A DNA stretch of 64,000 bases from Alistipes sp. GTDB taxonomy: Bacteria > Bacteroidota > Bacteroidia > Bacteroidales > Rikenellaceae. The DNA is taken from NCBI GenBank assembly GCA_045537095.1, contig JAZSOV010000129.1:24665-88664 (forward strand), in the 5' to 3' direction. The notes beneath the pieces were generated by a model. It saw nothing but the letters and a program-made list of their open reading frames with translations. It made no database searches and was not told the origin of the DNA. Of this stretch, positions 45,065-55,027 are shown one piece after another. Numbering within the stretch: the first letter of the stretch is position 1; every line of letters starts with the position of its first letter. The position numbers and the translations under genes are program-made.

Positions 45065-45769
45065 CTACTCTTCGATTGATGCTATCTGTTTTGCTATACG
45101 CTCGGCCGTGATATCCATATATAGGTGTTCGCCATATTTGGCAATAGCCGTGATACCGCGATAGTCTATGGCAAGAAGTTCCTTTACAGAGCGCAACTCC
45201 GACACCATTATAGTCCCTTTGGTAACTCTGCGTTTTGTCATCGTAGCAGCGCGATATGCGAGGTCAAACTCCACTCCTGAACCCAACTGCGAGAAGCGTA
45301 TTTCGTCATCGAATACGGCGACAGCTGCTGCACCGTCAATAGCTACAATCTCGCCATTGTCGTTTGCCCAAATAGCAACGCCCTTGTCGGCAATCTGCGC
45401 AGTGGTATGGTTTAGCTCCAACATCGCCTCTTTTGCTGAGGTGTTGAGGGTGATTAGCTCGCCCGACACCAACTCAATATAGCCTTGTGGTCGCAGTGCG
45501 CGCAGCGAAAAGGAGTTGTATAGATAGTCAATGCACTCCACCTCGATTGTACTGTCATCGTAGCACTTCACGCATACGGCATTGGCTCTATTCGGAGAGT
45601 AGCCACCATCGCGCAAAGCCTCTGCAATATTTTTGCATAGCCCACTTTTGTCGGTTGCTAAATTGCTGAGGAATAGTTTATTGCTCAGCTCTTCGAGGCG
45701 TGCGTAATGTTCTTCGAAGTGCAATGGCTTGTAGCCCTGTGTACGGATATGTTCGTAGATATAGGACAC
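45065..45769 (-). CDS. Divergent aminotransferase class IV / aminodeoxychorismate lyase-like protein
   Basis: YEHIRT...LHFEEHYARL start and DYRGI near the C-terminus resemble fold-type IV PLP enzymes; weak match. Confidence 0.55.
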   Translation of the reverse strand: MSYIYEHIRTQGYKPLHFEEHYARLEELSNKLFLSNLATDKSGLCKNIAEALRDGGYSPNRANAVCVKCYDDSTIEVECIDYLYNSFSLRALRPQGYIELVSGELITLNTSAKEAMLELNHTTAQIADKGVAIWANDNGEIVAIDGAAAVAVFDDEIRFSQLGSGVEFDLAYRAATMTKRRVTKGTIMVSELRSVKELLAIDYRGITAIAKYGEHLYMDITAERIAKQIASIEE

Positions 45770-45771
45770 TG

Positions 45772-46839
45772 CTACATCATCATAATTTTCAGAATAAACT
45801 CGCGCAACAACTCTCCATTCGATGCTCCGCCATCGTCAATACCCTTGCTCTTGGCATCATACTCGGCGCACAATCCGATAATCTTGAAAACCTTATTATT
45901 GGGCCACAGTGGGGCACGGCGTGTAATCTCTTTCAGGAAGTATGGCGAGTTAAGGCGCATTGCACGGCACAATTCGCTCTGGTCGGGCATTGCAACACCT
46001 CGGCGGCGCGAATCCCAACATATATAATTATAGGTAAAGAGTTGTCGGAACGAGTCGTAAAGCACCCTAACACTCAGCAAAAGTGGATATGCCTTCGGAT
46101 TTTCGCCCATGTATTGTGCAATGGTCAGTGCCTTTTCGAGTTGGCGGTCGAGTACAGCATTGCTCAACTCGTAGTTGTTGAATTGACGCGATATACCGAT
46201 ATGATTTTCGATATCTTCGGGGGTGATGGTTGTGCGCTCCTTTGGCAACGATACAATCATCTTTTCGAGTTCGTTGCTGATTTTCGATATGTCAACGCCC
46301 AAATGGGCTACAAGAATTTTGCTACTTGCCGAGTCGAGTTTCAGCCCCTTTGTCGCGGCAAATCCCGACAACCATCGCTCCGCCTCGTAGTCGCGTGGCG
46401 ATACCGAGTCGAATACAACACCCTTTGCCTTGATGCTCTTGTAGAGAGGTGTTCGGCGGTCCATCGCTTTACCCTTGTGGCACAAAACAAGTATGGTCGA
46501 AGGCTGTGGCGATGCAGCGTATGAGTTCAGCAACTCCATCTTGTCGAGTTGTTGCGCCTCCTTTACGATAATTGCTTCGTACTCGCCCATCATCGGGAGT
46601 TGGCGACAGTAACTTGCCACCGTACCTCCGTCAGTGTCGTTACCATATATCACAATTTGGTTGAAGGCACGCATCGACTCATCCATGATACCCTCGGTCA
46701 GAGCATCGCATAGTGCATCAATAAAGTACAACTCCTCACCATGTAGCAGGTAAATAGGAGCGAACTTTCGAGCCTTGATATCGCTCATTAAGCGATGAAA
46801 TTCGGTTTCGCACGATGCGAATGTAACCTTCTCTGCCAT
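45772..46839 (-). CDS. holA: DNA polymerase III subunit delta
   Basis: PIYLLHGEELYFID, LPMMG, IVKEAQ, NELEK, IGISRQFNNYEL, DAKSKG. Confidence 0.94.
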   Translation of the reverse strand: MAEKVTFASCETEFHRLMSDIKARKFAPIYLLHGEELYFIDALCDALTEGIMDESMRAFNQIVIYGNDTDGGTVASYCRQLPMMGEYEAIIVKEAQQLDKMELLNSYAASPQPSTILVLCHKGKAMDRRTPLYKSIKAKGVVFDSVSPRDYEAERWLSGFAATKGLKLDSASSKILVAHLGVDISKISNELEKMIVSLPKERTTITPEDIENHIGISRQFNNYELSNAVLDRQLEKALTIAQYMGENPKAYPLLLSVRVLYDSFRQLFTYNYICWDSRRRGVAMPDQSELCRAMRLNSPYFLKEITRRAPLWPNNKVFKIIGLCAEYDAKSKGIDDGGASNGELLREFILKIMMM

Positions 46840-46845
46840 ATCGTG

Positions 46846-48198
46846 TTATATGGAATGTTTTGTAACCTTCAAAATACTCTCGGTATTTGCGCCTATGCGG
46901 AAGCGATCGTCAGTACGGCGACCTACAACCCATACAATCTCCTCGCCTGATACCAACACAAATTGTCGTTTGCGCTCTACAACGGGGACTTTTTGGTCGG
47001 TGAGGTAGTCGCCAACCTTCTTGCGGCCTGCCATGCCGAATGGGATAAAGGTATCCCCCTCGCGCCAACGGCGCAGGCGAAGCGGATATTGCAACTTTGA
47101 CTCATCAATCAGTGCAACATCGCTCGGCAGGTGGTATTCATTGACATTGTCGATGTCGGTGTGTTCGTAGTAGAGGACCGAGTTGCCGCAATAGCTACGC
47201 ATATCATCGCGCTCGACAATAACTTCGCAATCATCCTCCTCCTCGATGCGGGCAACCATGATATTTCCCCTGTCGAGGTATGCCACATAGTCGCGCGAGT
47301 AGAAGCGGCGATCGGTTACACCACGCTTTAACGCCTTGTTCAACTCCTCGACAACATCGCCCTTAAAACCATACGAGGAGTTCAACAACTCGTAAATCAC
47401 GAAGTCGCGAGGATACATTGCATCTATTGCTCCAACCTCGATGGTGTCAATGCCGTTTTCACTATGCAAGGCGACCTCCCGTATATTGTCAATCGCCGCA
47501 TCAATAAATCTCTGTGCATCGTTCAGACGGTAGAGATTTCCACGCATCAGCGCTGTAAATCTTGGATTTATCTCCTGCAACATAGGGAGCAATCCCAAAC
47601 GAATCTTGTTGCGCAGATACTTTGTCGAACGATTTGAAGAGTCCTCTCGGTATGGAATATGGTTCTGCACAGCATACTCCAAAATATCCTTGCGCGTAGC
47701 ATAGAGCAGAGGTCGCACTACACGGCCATATTGACGATTGATGCCTGTAAGACCTCGCAATCCTGTACCACGAAGCAGATTGATGAAAAATGTTTCGATT
47801 GAGTCATTGGCGTGGTGAGCCACAGCAATTGCGGTGCAACCCTCCGTCTGGCACAACTCGTAAAACCACTCGTAACGCAGACGGCGGGCGGTCATCTCCA
47901 TCGAATCGCCCGTGCGAGCCATTTCGCCCAAGGTGTCGAAGTTTTTAGTGTGACATACGATACCCAACTTCTCGCACTCACGGAGCACCATTTCGGTATC
48001 TTCGTCACTCTCCTTACCTCGCAGCCCGAAGTTACAATGCGCCACCTCGACATTGTAGCCAAGACGGACAAATATGGAGAGCATAACCATCGAATCGACT
48101 CCTCCCGATACGGTCAGAAGAATCTTATCCTCATGCGAGAATAGTTCATGTCGTTCGACATACTTCTCAAATGCCTGCAACAGAGTTTTAGTTTGCAT
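46846..48198 (-). CDS. tilS: tRNA(Ile)-lysidine synthetase
   Basis: SGGVDS, ARRLRY, AHHAND, RPLL, EDSSN, RNKIR. Confidence 0.97.
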   Translation of the reverse strand: MQTKTLLQAFEKYVERHELFSHEDKILLTVSGGVDSMVMLSIFVRLGYNVEVAHCNFGLRGKESDEDTEMVLRECEKLGIVCHTKNFDTLGEMARTGDSMEMTARRLRYEWFYELCQTEGCTAIAVAHHANDSIETFFINLLRGTGLRGLTGINRQYGRVVRPLLYATRKDILEYAVQNHIPYREDSSNRSTKYLRNKIRLGLLPMLQEINPRFTALMRGNLYRLNDAQRFIDAAIDNIREVALHSENGIDTIEVGAIDAMYPRDFVIYELLNSSYGFKGDVVEELNKALKRGVTDRRFYSRDYVAYLDRGNIMVARIEEEDDCEVIVERDDMRSYCGNSVLYYEHTDIDNVNEYHLPSDVALIDESKLQYPLRLRRWREGDTFIPFGMAGRKKVGDYLTDQKVPVVERKRQFVLVSGEEIVWVVGRRTDDRFRIGANTESILKVTKHSI

Positions 48199-48243
48199 AA
48201 TAAATAATATCTCTAACGCCCCTAACGCCTTTAATGCCCCTAA

Positions 48244-49254
48244 TTAAAGCACATTCACTTCCGGTGAAATCTCAATGCCGAACTTCTCTTTGACGGTCGC
48301 TACAACCTTGTGTGCAAAGGCTATGACCTCGCTACCCGTAGCACCTCCGAGATTCACTAAAACCAATGCCTGACGCTCGTGTACGCCGACATTGCCCTCT
48401 TTGTAACCTTTCATTCCCGACTTGTCGATAAGCCAACCGGCAGCGAGTTTTATCTTGCCCTCTTCGGCAGCAGGGTAGTGTGGCATATCGGGATATTCGG
48501 CAAGTAATTTCTCTGCCACCTCGCGCTCTACAACCGGATTTTTGAAGAAACTTCCTGCATTGCCCAAAACTGCAGTATCAGGCAATTTTGAACGGCGAAT
48601 TGAGCAGATGGCATCGCGAATATTTGCCAATGTAGCACCACCTCGCGCCTCTACCTCGCGAATAACATCGCCATAACCGAGTCGAGGATTTGCAATCTTT
48701 GATAGTTCGATTTCGATAGCTGTGATAATCACACGCCCCTTCAGTGAGTGCTTGAATACACTCTCACGATAGCCGAAAGCGCAATGCTCGGCAGCAAGGG
48801 TTACGAAGTTTCCACCCTCCACGAAGAACATCTCGACCGAGCGAATAGTATCCTTCGCCTCGACACCATATGCACCGATATTCTGCACGGGTGCTGCACC
48901 TGCCTTGCCAGGGATAAGCGAGAGATTTTCGATGCCCCACAAACCGCGCTCTACACTCCATGCTACCAAATCATCCCATTCAACACCTGCTCCTACCTTG
49001 ACGCGAACCGAGGAATCACTCTCCGAAATGACCTCTATACGACTGTCGCAAGGGGTGATTAACAATGGCTCTATATCCTTGGTAAACAATATGTTGTTAC
49101 CTCCGCTAATAACATACCAATCCTCTGTGCCATACTTGGCAAATAGTTTGGGTAGCTCCTCGGCACGGTCAAACTCAACAAGTCGTTTTGCCACTTGTCT
49201 TACATGGAATGAGTTGCGCTCCGAGATATCTATATTTTCGTAGTAGCGTATCAT
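48244..49254 (-). CDS. murB: UDP-N-acetylmuramate dehydrogenase
   Basis: IPGKAGAAPVQNIGAYG, FGYRES, GNAGSFFKNP, QALVLVN. Confidence 0.97.
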   Translation of the reverse strand: MIRYYENIDISERNSFHVRQVAKRLVEFDRAEELPKLFAKYGTEDWYVISGGNNILFTKDIEPLLITPCDSRIEVISESDSSVRVKVGAGVEWDDLVAWSVERGLWGIENLSLIPGKAGAAPVQNIGAYGVEAKDTIRSVEMFFVEGGNFVTLAAEHCAFGYRESVFKHSLKGRVIITAIEIELSKIANPRLGYGDVIREVEARGGATLANIRDAICSIRRSKLPDTAVLGNAGSFFKNPVVEREVAEKLLAEYPDMPHYPAAEEGKIKLAAGWLIDKSGMKGYKEGNVGVHERQALVLVNLGGATGSEVIAFAHKVVATVKEKFGIEISPEVNVL

Positions 49255-49346
49255 ACTGCACTATTTATAGTGCAAAGATAAGAATTTGAACGGAAAAAAT
49301 AGTTTTTAACTCCTAATTTTTCTCTCTTCTCAAAAAATGGTAATTG

Positions 49347-49381
49347 AAAAAAAGAGTGGATGGCCTTTCGGACACCCACTC
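49347..49381 (-). terminator. Terminator of gdhA
   Basis: GAGTGG/CCACTC stem with an A-tract on its left. Confidence 0.7.
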
Positions 49382-49405
49382 CTGATGGTAATTATCAAGT
49401 TTCGA

Positions 49406-50743
49406 TTAAACGATACCTTGCTCCAACATAGCGCGAGCTACCTTCAAGAAGCCGGCGATGTTAGCACCCTTAACATAGTTGGTGTAGTCGCCCTCGGCAC
49501 CCGACTTAACGCATGCCTCGTGGATAGACTGCATGATGTAGTGCAACTTCTCGTCAACCTCGGCAGCCGACCACGAAATGTGCATTGCATTCTGAGTCAT
49601 CTCCAAGCCCGAAGTAGCAACACCACCTGCATTCACTGCCTTACCAGGAGCGAAGAGGATGCGAGCCTTCTGGAATGTAGCGATAGCCTCAGGGGTACAA
49701 CCCATGTTCGAAACCTCAGCAACACACCAAGTACCGTTTGCGAGCAACTCCTCAGCATCAGCACCTGTCAACTCGTTCTGGAATGCGCAAGGGAGTGCGA
49801 TATCACACTTCACGCTCCAAGCCTTCTTGCCAGGGATGAATGTTGCATCGGTGAACTTCTCGGCAAATGGAGCTACGATATTGCGGTTCGAAGCACGAAG
49901 ATCCAACATGTAAGCGAGCTTCTCCTCGTTCATGCCGTTAGGGTTGTAAACAACACCGTCCGGTCCCGAAATAGCGATAACCTTTGCGCCGAGCTCGGTA
50001 GCCTTTGTAGCAGCACCCCAAGCAACATTACCGAAGCCGGAGATAGCAACAGTAGCACCCTTCAACTCCTTACCTGCGCGGTTGAGCATATGCTCTACGA
50101 AGTACAAAGCACCGAAACCGGTTGCCTCTGGACGAATCAACGAACCACCCCAAGAGAGGCCCTTACCAGTCAAAACACCAGTGTTGTACTCACGAGCCAA
50201 CTTCTTGTACATACCGTACATGTAGCCAATCTCACGACCGCCTACACCAACATCACCTGCCGGTACATCGGTGTCAGGACCGATGTTCTTCCACAACTCC
50301 CACATGAAGGCCTGGCAGAAACGCATAATTTCAGCATCGCTCTTGCCTACAGGGTCGAAGTCCGAACCACCCTTAGCACCACCCATTGGGAGGGTAGTCA
50401 ATGCGTTCTTAAAGGTCTGCTCGAAGCCGAGGAACTTCAACATAGAGAGGTTCACGGCCTTGTGGAAACGGATACCGCCCTTGTAAGGACCGATAGCCGA
50501 GTTGAACTGAACGCGGTAACCGAGGTTGGTCTGGATTTCGCCATTGTCATCAACCCAAGTAACACGGAAAGTGATGATACGATCAGGCTCAACCATACGC
50601 TCTACGATCTTTGCCTTCTCAAACTCTGGATGCTGGTTGTAAACCTCCTCGATTGACTCCAACACCTCGCGTACCGCTTGCAGGTACTCGCTCTCACCCG
50701 GATGCTTGCGCTCCAAGTCGAGCATAATCTCATTTACATTCAT
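49406..50743 (-). CDS. gdhA: Glutamate dehydrogenase
   Basis: GPYKGGIRF, MGGAKGG, DVPAGD, GFGNV, NAGGVATS. Confidence 0.97.
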   Translation of the reverse strand: MNVNEIMLDLERKHPGESEYLQAVREVLESIEEVYNQHPEFEKAKIVERMVEPDRIITFRVTWVDDNGEIQTNLGYRVQFNSAIGPYKGGIRFHKAVNLSMLKFLGFEQTFKNALTTLPMGGAKGGSDFDPVGKSDAEIMRFCQAFMWELWKNIGPDTDVPAGDVGVGGREIGYMYGMYKKLAREYNTGVLTGKGLSWGGSLIRPEATGFGALYFVEHMLNRAGKELKGATVAISGFGNVAWGAATKATELGAKVIAISGPDGVVYNPNGMNEEKLAYMLDLRASNRNIVAPFAEKFTDATFIPGKKAWSVKCDIALPCAFQNELTGADAEELLANGTWCVAEVSNMGCTPEAIATFQKARILFAPGKAVNAGGVATSGLEMTQNAMHISWSAAEVDEKLHYIMQSIHEACVKSGAEGDYTNYVKGANIAGFLKVARAMLEQGIV

Positions 50744-50774
50744 AACAGTTGTAATTTTTAAAAGTTAGGTTTTA

Positions 50775-51410
50775 TTATAACTCCACTAAATTGTGTTTAA
50801 TTGCATATACTACAAGGCTCGCCGTATTGTTCGAACCCGTTTTTTCGAGTATGTTGGCACGATGCGAGTCCACGGTGCGCTTCGATAGAAAGAGTTTGTC
50901 TGCAATCTCCTGTGTCGAAAGACCTTGACAAATGCCCAACAACACATCCATCTCGCGCTCAGAGAGTATCTCCGCCTCATCGTTGCGGCGCATAGCTCCC
51001 GACAGAGCCTGCATTACCGCGGCGCAGATATACTCATCGTTCGCCATTACACTTCCGATAGCCGCAAAGACCTCCTCTACTGAAGAGTCCTTCAATAAGA
51101 ACCCCTTTGCTCCTGCCTCGATCATCATCGAGTAGTACTTCTCATCACCGAACATCGAGAGGCATATAACCTTCAAGTTCGGGTTGCGCTCCAAGGCTGC
51201 TATCGTGGCCTTGTCGCCTGAGAGGTTAGGCATCGCAATATCCATAAACACCACATCGGCATTCAGGGCGATATCGTTCGATAGAAACTCTTCGCCATCA
51301 CTCGCCTCGGCTACTACGCGACATCCTTGCTTGCCGTCAATAAGTCCTCGCAGACCATTGCGGAATAGGGCGTGGTCGTCCACGAGTGCTATGCGTATCT
51401 CTCGACTCAT
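50775..51410 (-). CDS. NarL/LuxR-family response regulator
   Basis: VDDH, MDIAMP, GFLLK and HTH LSERE...EIADKLFLSKRTV. Confidence 0.95.
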   Translation of the reverse strand: MSREIRIALVDDHALFRNGLRGLIDGKQGCRVVAEASDGEEFLSNDIALNADVVFMDIAMPNLSGDKATIAALERNPNLKVICLSMFGDEKYYSMMIEAGAKGFLLKDSSVEEVFAAIGSVMANDEYICAAVMQALSGAMRRNDEAEILSEREMDVLLGICQGLSTQEIADKLFLSKRTVDSHRANILEKTGSNNTASLVVYAIKHNLVEL

Positions 51411-51440
51411 TCTGTGTAACTCCTTCCTCTATATCCTTTA

Positions 51441-52382
51441 TTAAATCCTCTTTGCATCAATCTGTGCCGTAGCCCTCATTCCATTATTCTCGCTGCTTGT
51501 GATGGTTATATGCCCATTCAGCGAGTCTATGCGCGAGGTTATGTTCGACAGTCCCATGCCATTCGACAATACCTTGTCGGGGTTGAAGCCACGACCATTG
51601 TCGGCATAGTCGAGCGAGAGTGTCGTATTGTCAGACAGTAACGATATGGTTATGGTCGTACAACCTGAGTGTTTGAGAGAGTTGTTTATAAGCTCGCAAA
51701 TAACTCTGTATATAACGACCTCTATATCGTTGTCGAAACGCTCCTTGTCGAGGTTTGTCTTGAACTCGATATTGATAGTGTGCAGTGCCGCTATCCTCGA
51801 AATGAAGTTCTGTACCCCCTGTGCCAATCCAAAATCCATAAGAACCTGCGGCGACATATTGCTCGAAATCTCGCGTACGGAGCGAATAGCCTCGTTAATC
51901 ACAAAACGGGTATTTTGCAATATCTCCTGCTGCTCGTTGCTTAGTCTCTCTGCCGATATTGCCGAAAGCGACATCTTGGCTGAGGAGAGCAGTGGTCCCA
52001 TGCCATCGTGCAACTCCTTTGCGAACTGCGAGCGTGAACGCTCCTCGGCACGCAATACGGCCGAGAGTATGCGTTTGTTCGTCAGCGAGCGTTGAAACAT
52101 CAATCTGTCAATATGGTTTACTAACCTATTGGCAAACAATACCGCCACAACGATACATAGCGACACCACCACATCCGATATGAGGAAGTGGCGAATATCG
52201 ACACTGCCCTTCGAACATATCATGTAGAGATGCTGACCAAACGATATGGCAAATCCGATGATGCACAATATCCATATCACACTATACTTGGTGCGACTGA
52301 TTAGGTGTATGGCGTAACCGATAGCCAGCAACTGCACTATCATTATCACCACCATTGCAACCGTCAATCCAACGCCCAGCAT
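51441..52382 (-). CDS. HisKA_3 (NarX-like) sensor histidine kinase
   Basis: Three TM segments, ELHDGMG, ELINNSLKH, DNGRGF, GMGL. Confidence 0.93.
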   Translation of the reverse strand: MLGVGLTVAMVVIMIVQLLAIGYAIHLISRTKYSVIWILCIIGFAISFGQHLYMICSKGSVDIRHFLISDVVVSLCIVVAVLFANRLVNHIDRLMFQRSLTNKRILSAVLRAEERSRSQFAKELHDGMGPLLSSAKMSLSAISAERLSNEQQEILQNTRFVINEAIRSVREISSNMSPQVLMDFGLAQGVQNFISRIAALHTINIEFKTNLDKERFDNDIEVVIYRVICELINNSLKHSGCTTITISLLSDNTTLSLDYADNGRGFNPDKVLSNGMGLSNITSRIDSLNGHITITSSENNGMRATAQIDAKRI

Positions 52383-52395
52383 ACTCTGTTGCTCT

Positions 52396-53169
52396 CTACA
52401 ATATTTGCTTCAACTGCTCCAATTGAGCATAAGCTGTCAAATCAACCTGTACGGGTACTACCGACACATATCCGTTTGCCAAGGCCCACTCGTCCGTATC
52501 TTCGGCTTGCGGCTCGGCATTCGAGAAAGCCCCCGTTAGCCAAAAATAGTCGCGACCATGAGGATCTGTTCTCTTGTAAAACTCCTCGCGCCAGTATCCG
52601 CGAGTCTGTCGCGAAACCTGTACTCCTTTAATCTCCTCGCAAGGTATGTTTGGAATATTCACATTCAAACACAGCGAACGAGGAAGTTCCTCGTTAGACA
52701 ATACCGCTTCGATAATCTGCGTTCCGTACTTTACCGCGCCCTCGAAGTCGGCATCGAGGGCGTGATCGGTGAGCGAGAGTCCGATGCTTGGGATATTGTA
52801 GAATGCCGCCTCGATAGCTGCACCCATAGTTCCCGAATAGAGAACATTTACAGCAGCATTCGAGCCGTGGTTAATTCCCGATATTGCCAAGTCTATTTTC
52901 TGATCGCAGAGGAGATGGTCGAATGCAATCTTCACGCAGTCGACAGGTGTGCCGTTGAGCGAGTAGACCGTAACACCCTCCTCTTCGCGTACCTTGCGCA
53001 AATAGAGGGGGTTATAGATGGTGATAGCTTGACTCATACCACTTTGCGGAGCATCGGGAGCAACAGCTATCACTTTGCCGAATTGGCGAGCAACCTCTAT
53101 GGCTGCTGCAAACCCTTTGCTGCGGTAGCTGTCATCATTGGTCAAGAATATAACTCTCTCCTTTTCCAT
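52396..53169 (-). CDS. surE: 5'/3'-nucleotidase SurE
   Basis: TNDD, GTPVDCV, SGINHGSN, YSGT. Confidence 0.96.
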   Translation of the reverse strand: MEKERVIFLTNDDSYRSKGFAAAIEVARQFGKVIAVAPDAPQSGMSQAITIYNPLYLRKVREEEGVTVYSLNGTPVDCVKIAFDHLLCDQKIDLAISGINHGSNAAVNVLYSGTMGAAIEAAFYNIPSIGLSLTDHALDADFEGAVKYGTQIIEAVLSNEELPRSLCLNVNIPNIPCEEIKGVQVSRQTRGYWREEFYKRTDPHGRDYFWLTGAFSNAEPQAEDTDEWALANGYVSVVPVQVDLTAYAQLEQLKQIL

Positions 53170-53311
53170 AGCACATCTAATCTAATACAAAGATATAAAT
53201 TTTTTGCGAAACAAAATACTTTATTCGGAAAAACTTTTCGGAATAGTCTCGAAAAACGAAATGCGTCCCAAGCTGGGAGAAGTGTTATTATATAGAAATC
53301 GGCAAGCCTTT

Positions 53312-53516
53312 GGGCTCGAACGGTACCCGCAGCCGAGAGCCGACCGAGCAGGATGGATTGTGCGCAGACAAACCAAAGGTTTGGGATATTGATTGAAAAG
53401 CAGGTGTCAAATCTAATTGGACAGATGCTTTTCAACTAAGATTCAAATGTTGCGCAGCAACACTGCGCACAATACATTGCGAAGACAAGTCGGCCGAGGT
53501 GCCACAAGCTGAACGA
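53312..53516 (-). repeat. tRNA-linked ~200-nt dispersed element, copy 2
   Basis: Reverse complement is collinear with 7019-7222. Ends in GTTCGAGCCC, a 9/10 match to the tRNA-Leu T-loop GTTCGAGTCC. Confidence 0.75.
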
Positions 53517-53535
53517 GTTCTATTCTGAGCAAACG

Positions 53536-53566
53536 AAAAAGGAGTTCTCCGAAGAAAACTCCTTTT
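53536..53566 (-). terminator. Terminator of tRNA-Leu
   Basis: AAAAGGAGTT/AACTCCTTTT stem. Confidence 0.8.
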
Positions 53567-53570
53567 GAAG

Positions 53571-53651
53571 TGCCCAGAATAGGACTCGAACCTACACGCC
53601 TCTCAGCACTCGCACCTGAAACGAGCGCGTCTACCATTTCGCCATCTGGGC
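53571..53651 (-). tRNA. tRNA-Leu (anticodon CAG)
   Basis: Reverse complement GCCCAGATGGCGAAATGGTAGACGCGCTCGTTTCAGGTGCGAG...GGTTCGAGTCCTATTCTGGGCA, with a long variable arm; promoter at 53662-53669. Confidence 0.96.
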
Positions 53652-53790
53652 CTTGCGAGTGCAAAGGTATATAAAAATTTGCTATTTGCAACTTGGGACA
53701 ACTGTTTTTTTTGAAAGTTTTCCACTTTCCACTTTCATATTTCAACTTTTTTTGTTATCTTTGTTAGGATGAACCAAAAGAACGAATAGA

Positions 53791-54903
53791 GTGGCCTCTA
53801 TATATCTCCATATTCCATTTTGCAAGCGATTGTGCGGATATTGCGATTTCTATCGCAGTGTCAAATTGAGGTATATGCCTGAGGTGATCGAAGTTATGCA
53901 CCGCGAGTTGGCTGAGCAGCGAGATTTTCTGCACGACAACACTATTCGTACAATCTATTTTGGCGGTGGTACCCCTTCTCTGCTCGCTCCGAGCGAGATA
54001 GAACACTTTGTTGAGCAGGTGCGTGAGCAGTTCGATTGCTCGCGGTTGGAGGAGGTTACTATCGAGGTGAATCCCGATGATATTACGGCAGAATATATTA
54101 CTGAGTTGCGCAAGACTTCGGTCAATCGTATTTCGATGGGTATTCAGTCGCTCAATGATGATTGTCTGCAATTTATGGGACGCAGGCACTCGGCACAACA
54201 GGCTATGGATGCGGTCGGGATGTTGCAAAGGGCGGGGTATCAAAATATCTCGGTCGATGTGATTTTTGGCGTTGAGGGGTTTGGTTCGGAGGAGCTGGCG
54301 CAAACCTTGCAGGGGGTACTCTCTATGGGTGTGCAGCATATTTCGGCCTACCACCTGACTATTGAGGAAGGTACCCGCTTCGGGCGTATGTTGGCGCGGG
54401 GTGAGATGCACGAAGCAGAGGAGGAACGCAGTGAAGCGGAATTTTTGCAGGTGCATGATACACTGATAAAGGCAGGTTTCGAACATTATGAGGTGTCGAA
54501 CTACGCTCTTCCAAACTATCGCTCACGCCACAACTCTTCCTATTGGCGCGGTGTTGAGTATCTTGGCGTAGGCGCGGGGGCGCACTCCTTCAATGGTGAG
54601 GTACGCCGCTGGTGCGAGCAGCCTATAGAAGAGTATATAAAAGGTGTAGAGTATATCTCGGAAAGGTTGTCGAAACGCGATAGACTGAATGAATATGTGA
54701 TGACCTCGTTGCGCTGTGCAGAGGGGTTGTCGCTCGCGCAGGTGGAGCGTGATTTCGGCTCCGACAAACGCGAAAGATTGGAGCACGAGGCGGATGAAAT
54801 ACTCTCTTCGGGATTGCTTGTACAAGAGGGTGAGGTACTGCGTATTACCCCTGAGAAGATGCTGTTGTCGGATATGGTTATAGAGCAATTGATAGAGCTG
54901 TAA
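53791..54903 (+). CDS. hemW: Radical SAM heme chaperone
   Basis: YLHIPFC..LCGYCDF, GGGTPS, YEVSNY, HNSSYW. Confidence 0.95.
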   Translation: MASIYLHIPFCKRLCGYCDFYRSVKLRYMPEVIEVMHRELAEQRDFLHDNTIRTIYFGGGTPSLLAPSEIEHFVEQVREQFDCSRLEEVTIEVNPDDITAEYITELRKTSVNRISMGIQSLNDDCLQFMGRRHSAQQAMDAVGMLQRAGYQNISVDVIFGVEGFGSEELAQTLQGVLSMGVQHISAYHLTIEEGTRFGRMLARGEMHEAEEERSEAEFLQVHDTLIKAGFEHYEVSNYALPNYRSRHNSSYWRGVEYLGVGAGAHSFNGEVRRWCEQPIEEYIKGVEYISERLSKRDRLNEYVMTSLRCAEGLSLAQVERDFGSDKRERLEHEADEILSSGLLVQEGEVLRITPEKMLLSDMVIEQLIEL

Positions 54904-55027
54904 AAGCTCCGTATTATATATATTAGTATAAATTATTAAAATTTTTTAAAAAATACCTTGTTAATCTAATTTATAGTCGTATATTTGCGGCGGACTAATG
55001 AGAAAAACAACAAATTATCAGATAATT

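Noticed and set aside
49337-50656. 439-aa ORF antisense to gdhA
   Set aside because: It mirrors a highly expressed gene with biased codon usage, a familiar shadow ORF, and has no motifs of its own.
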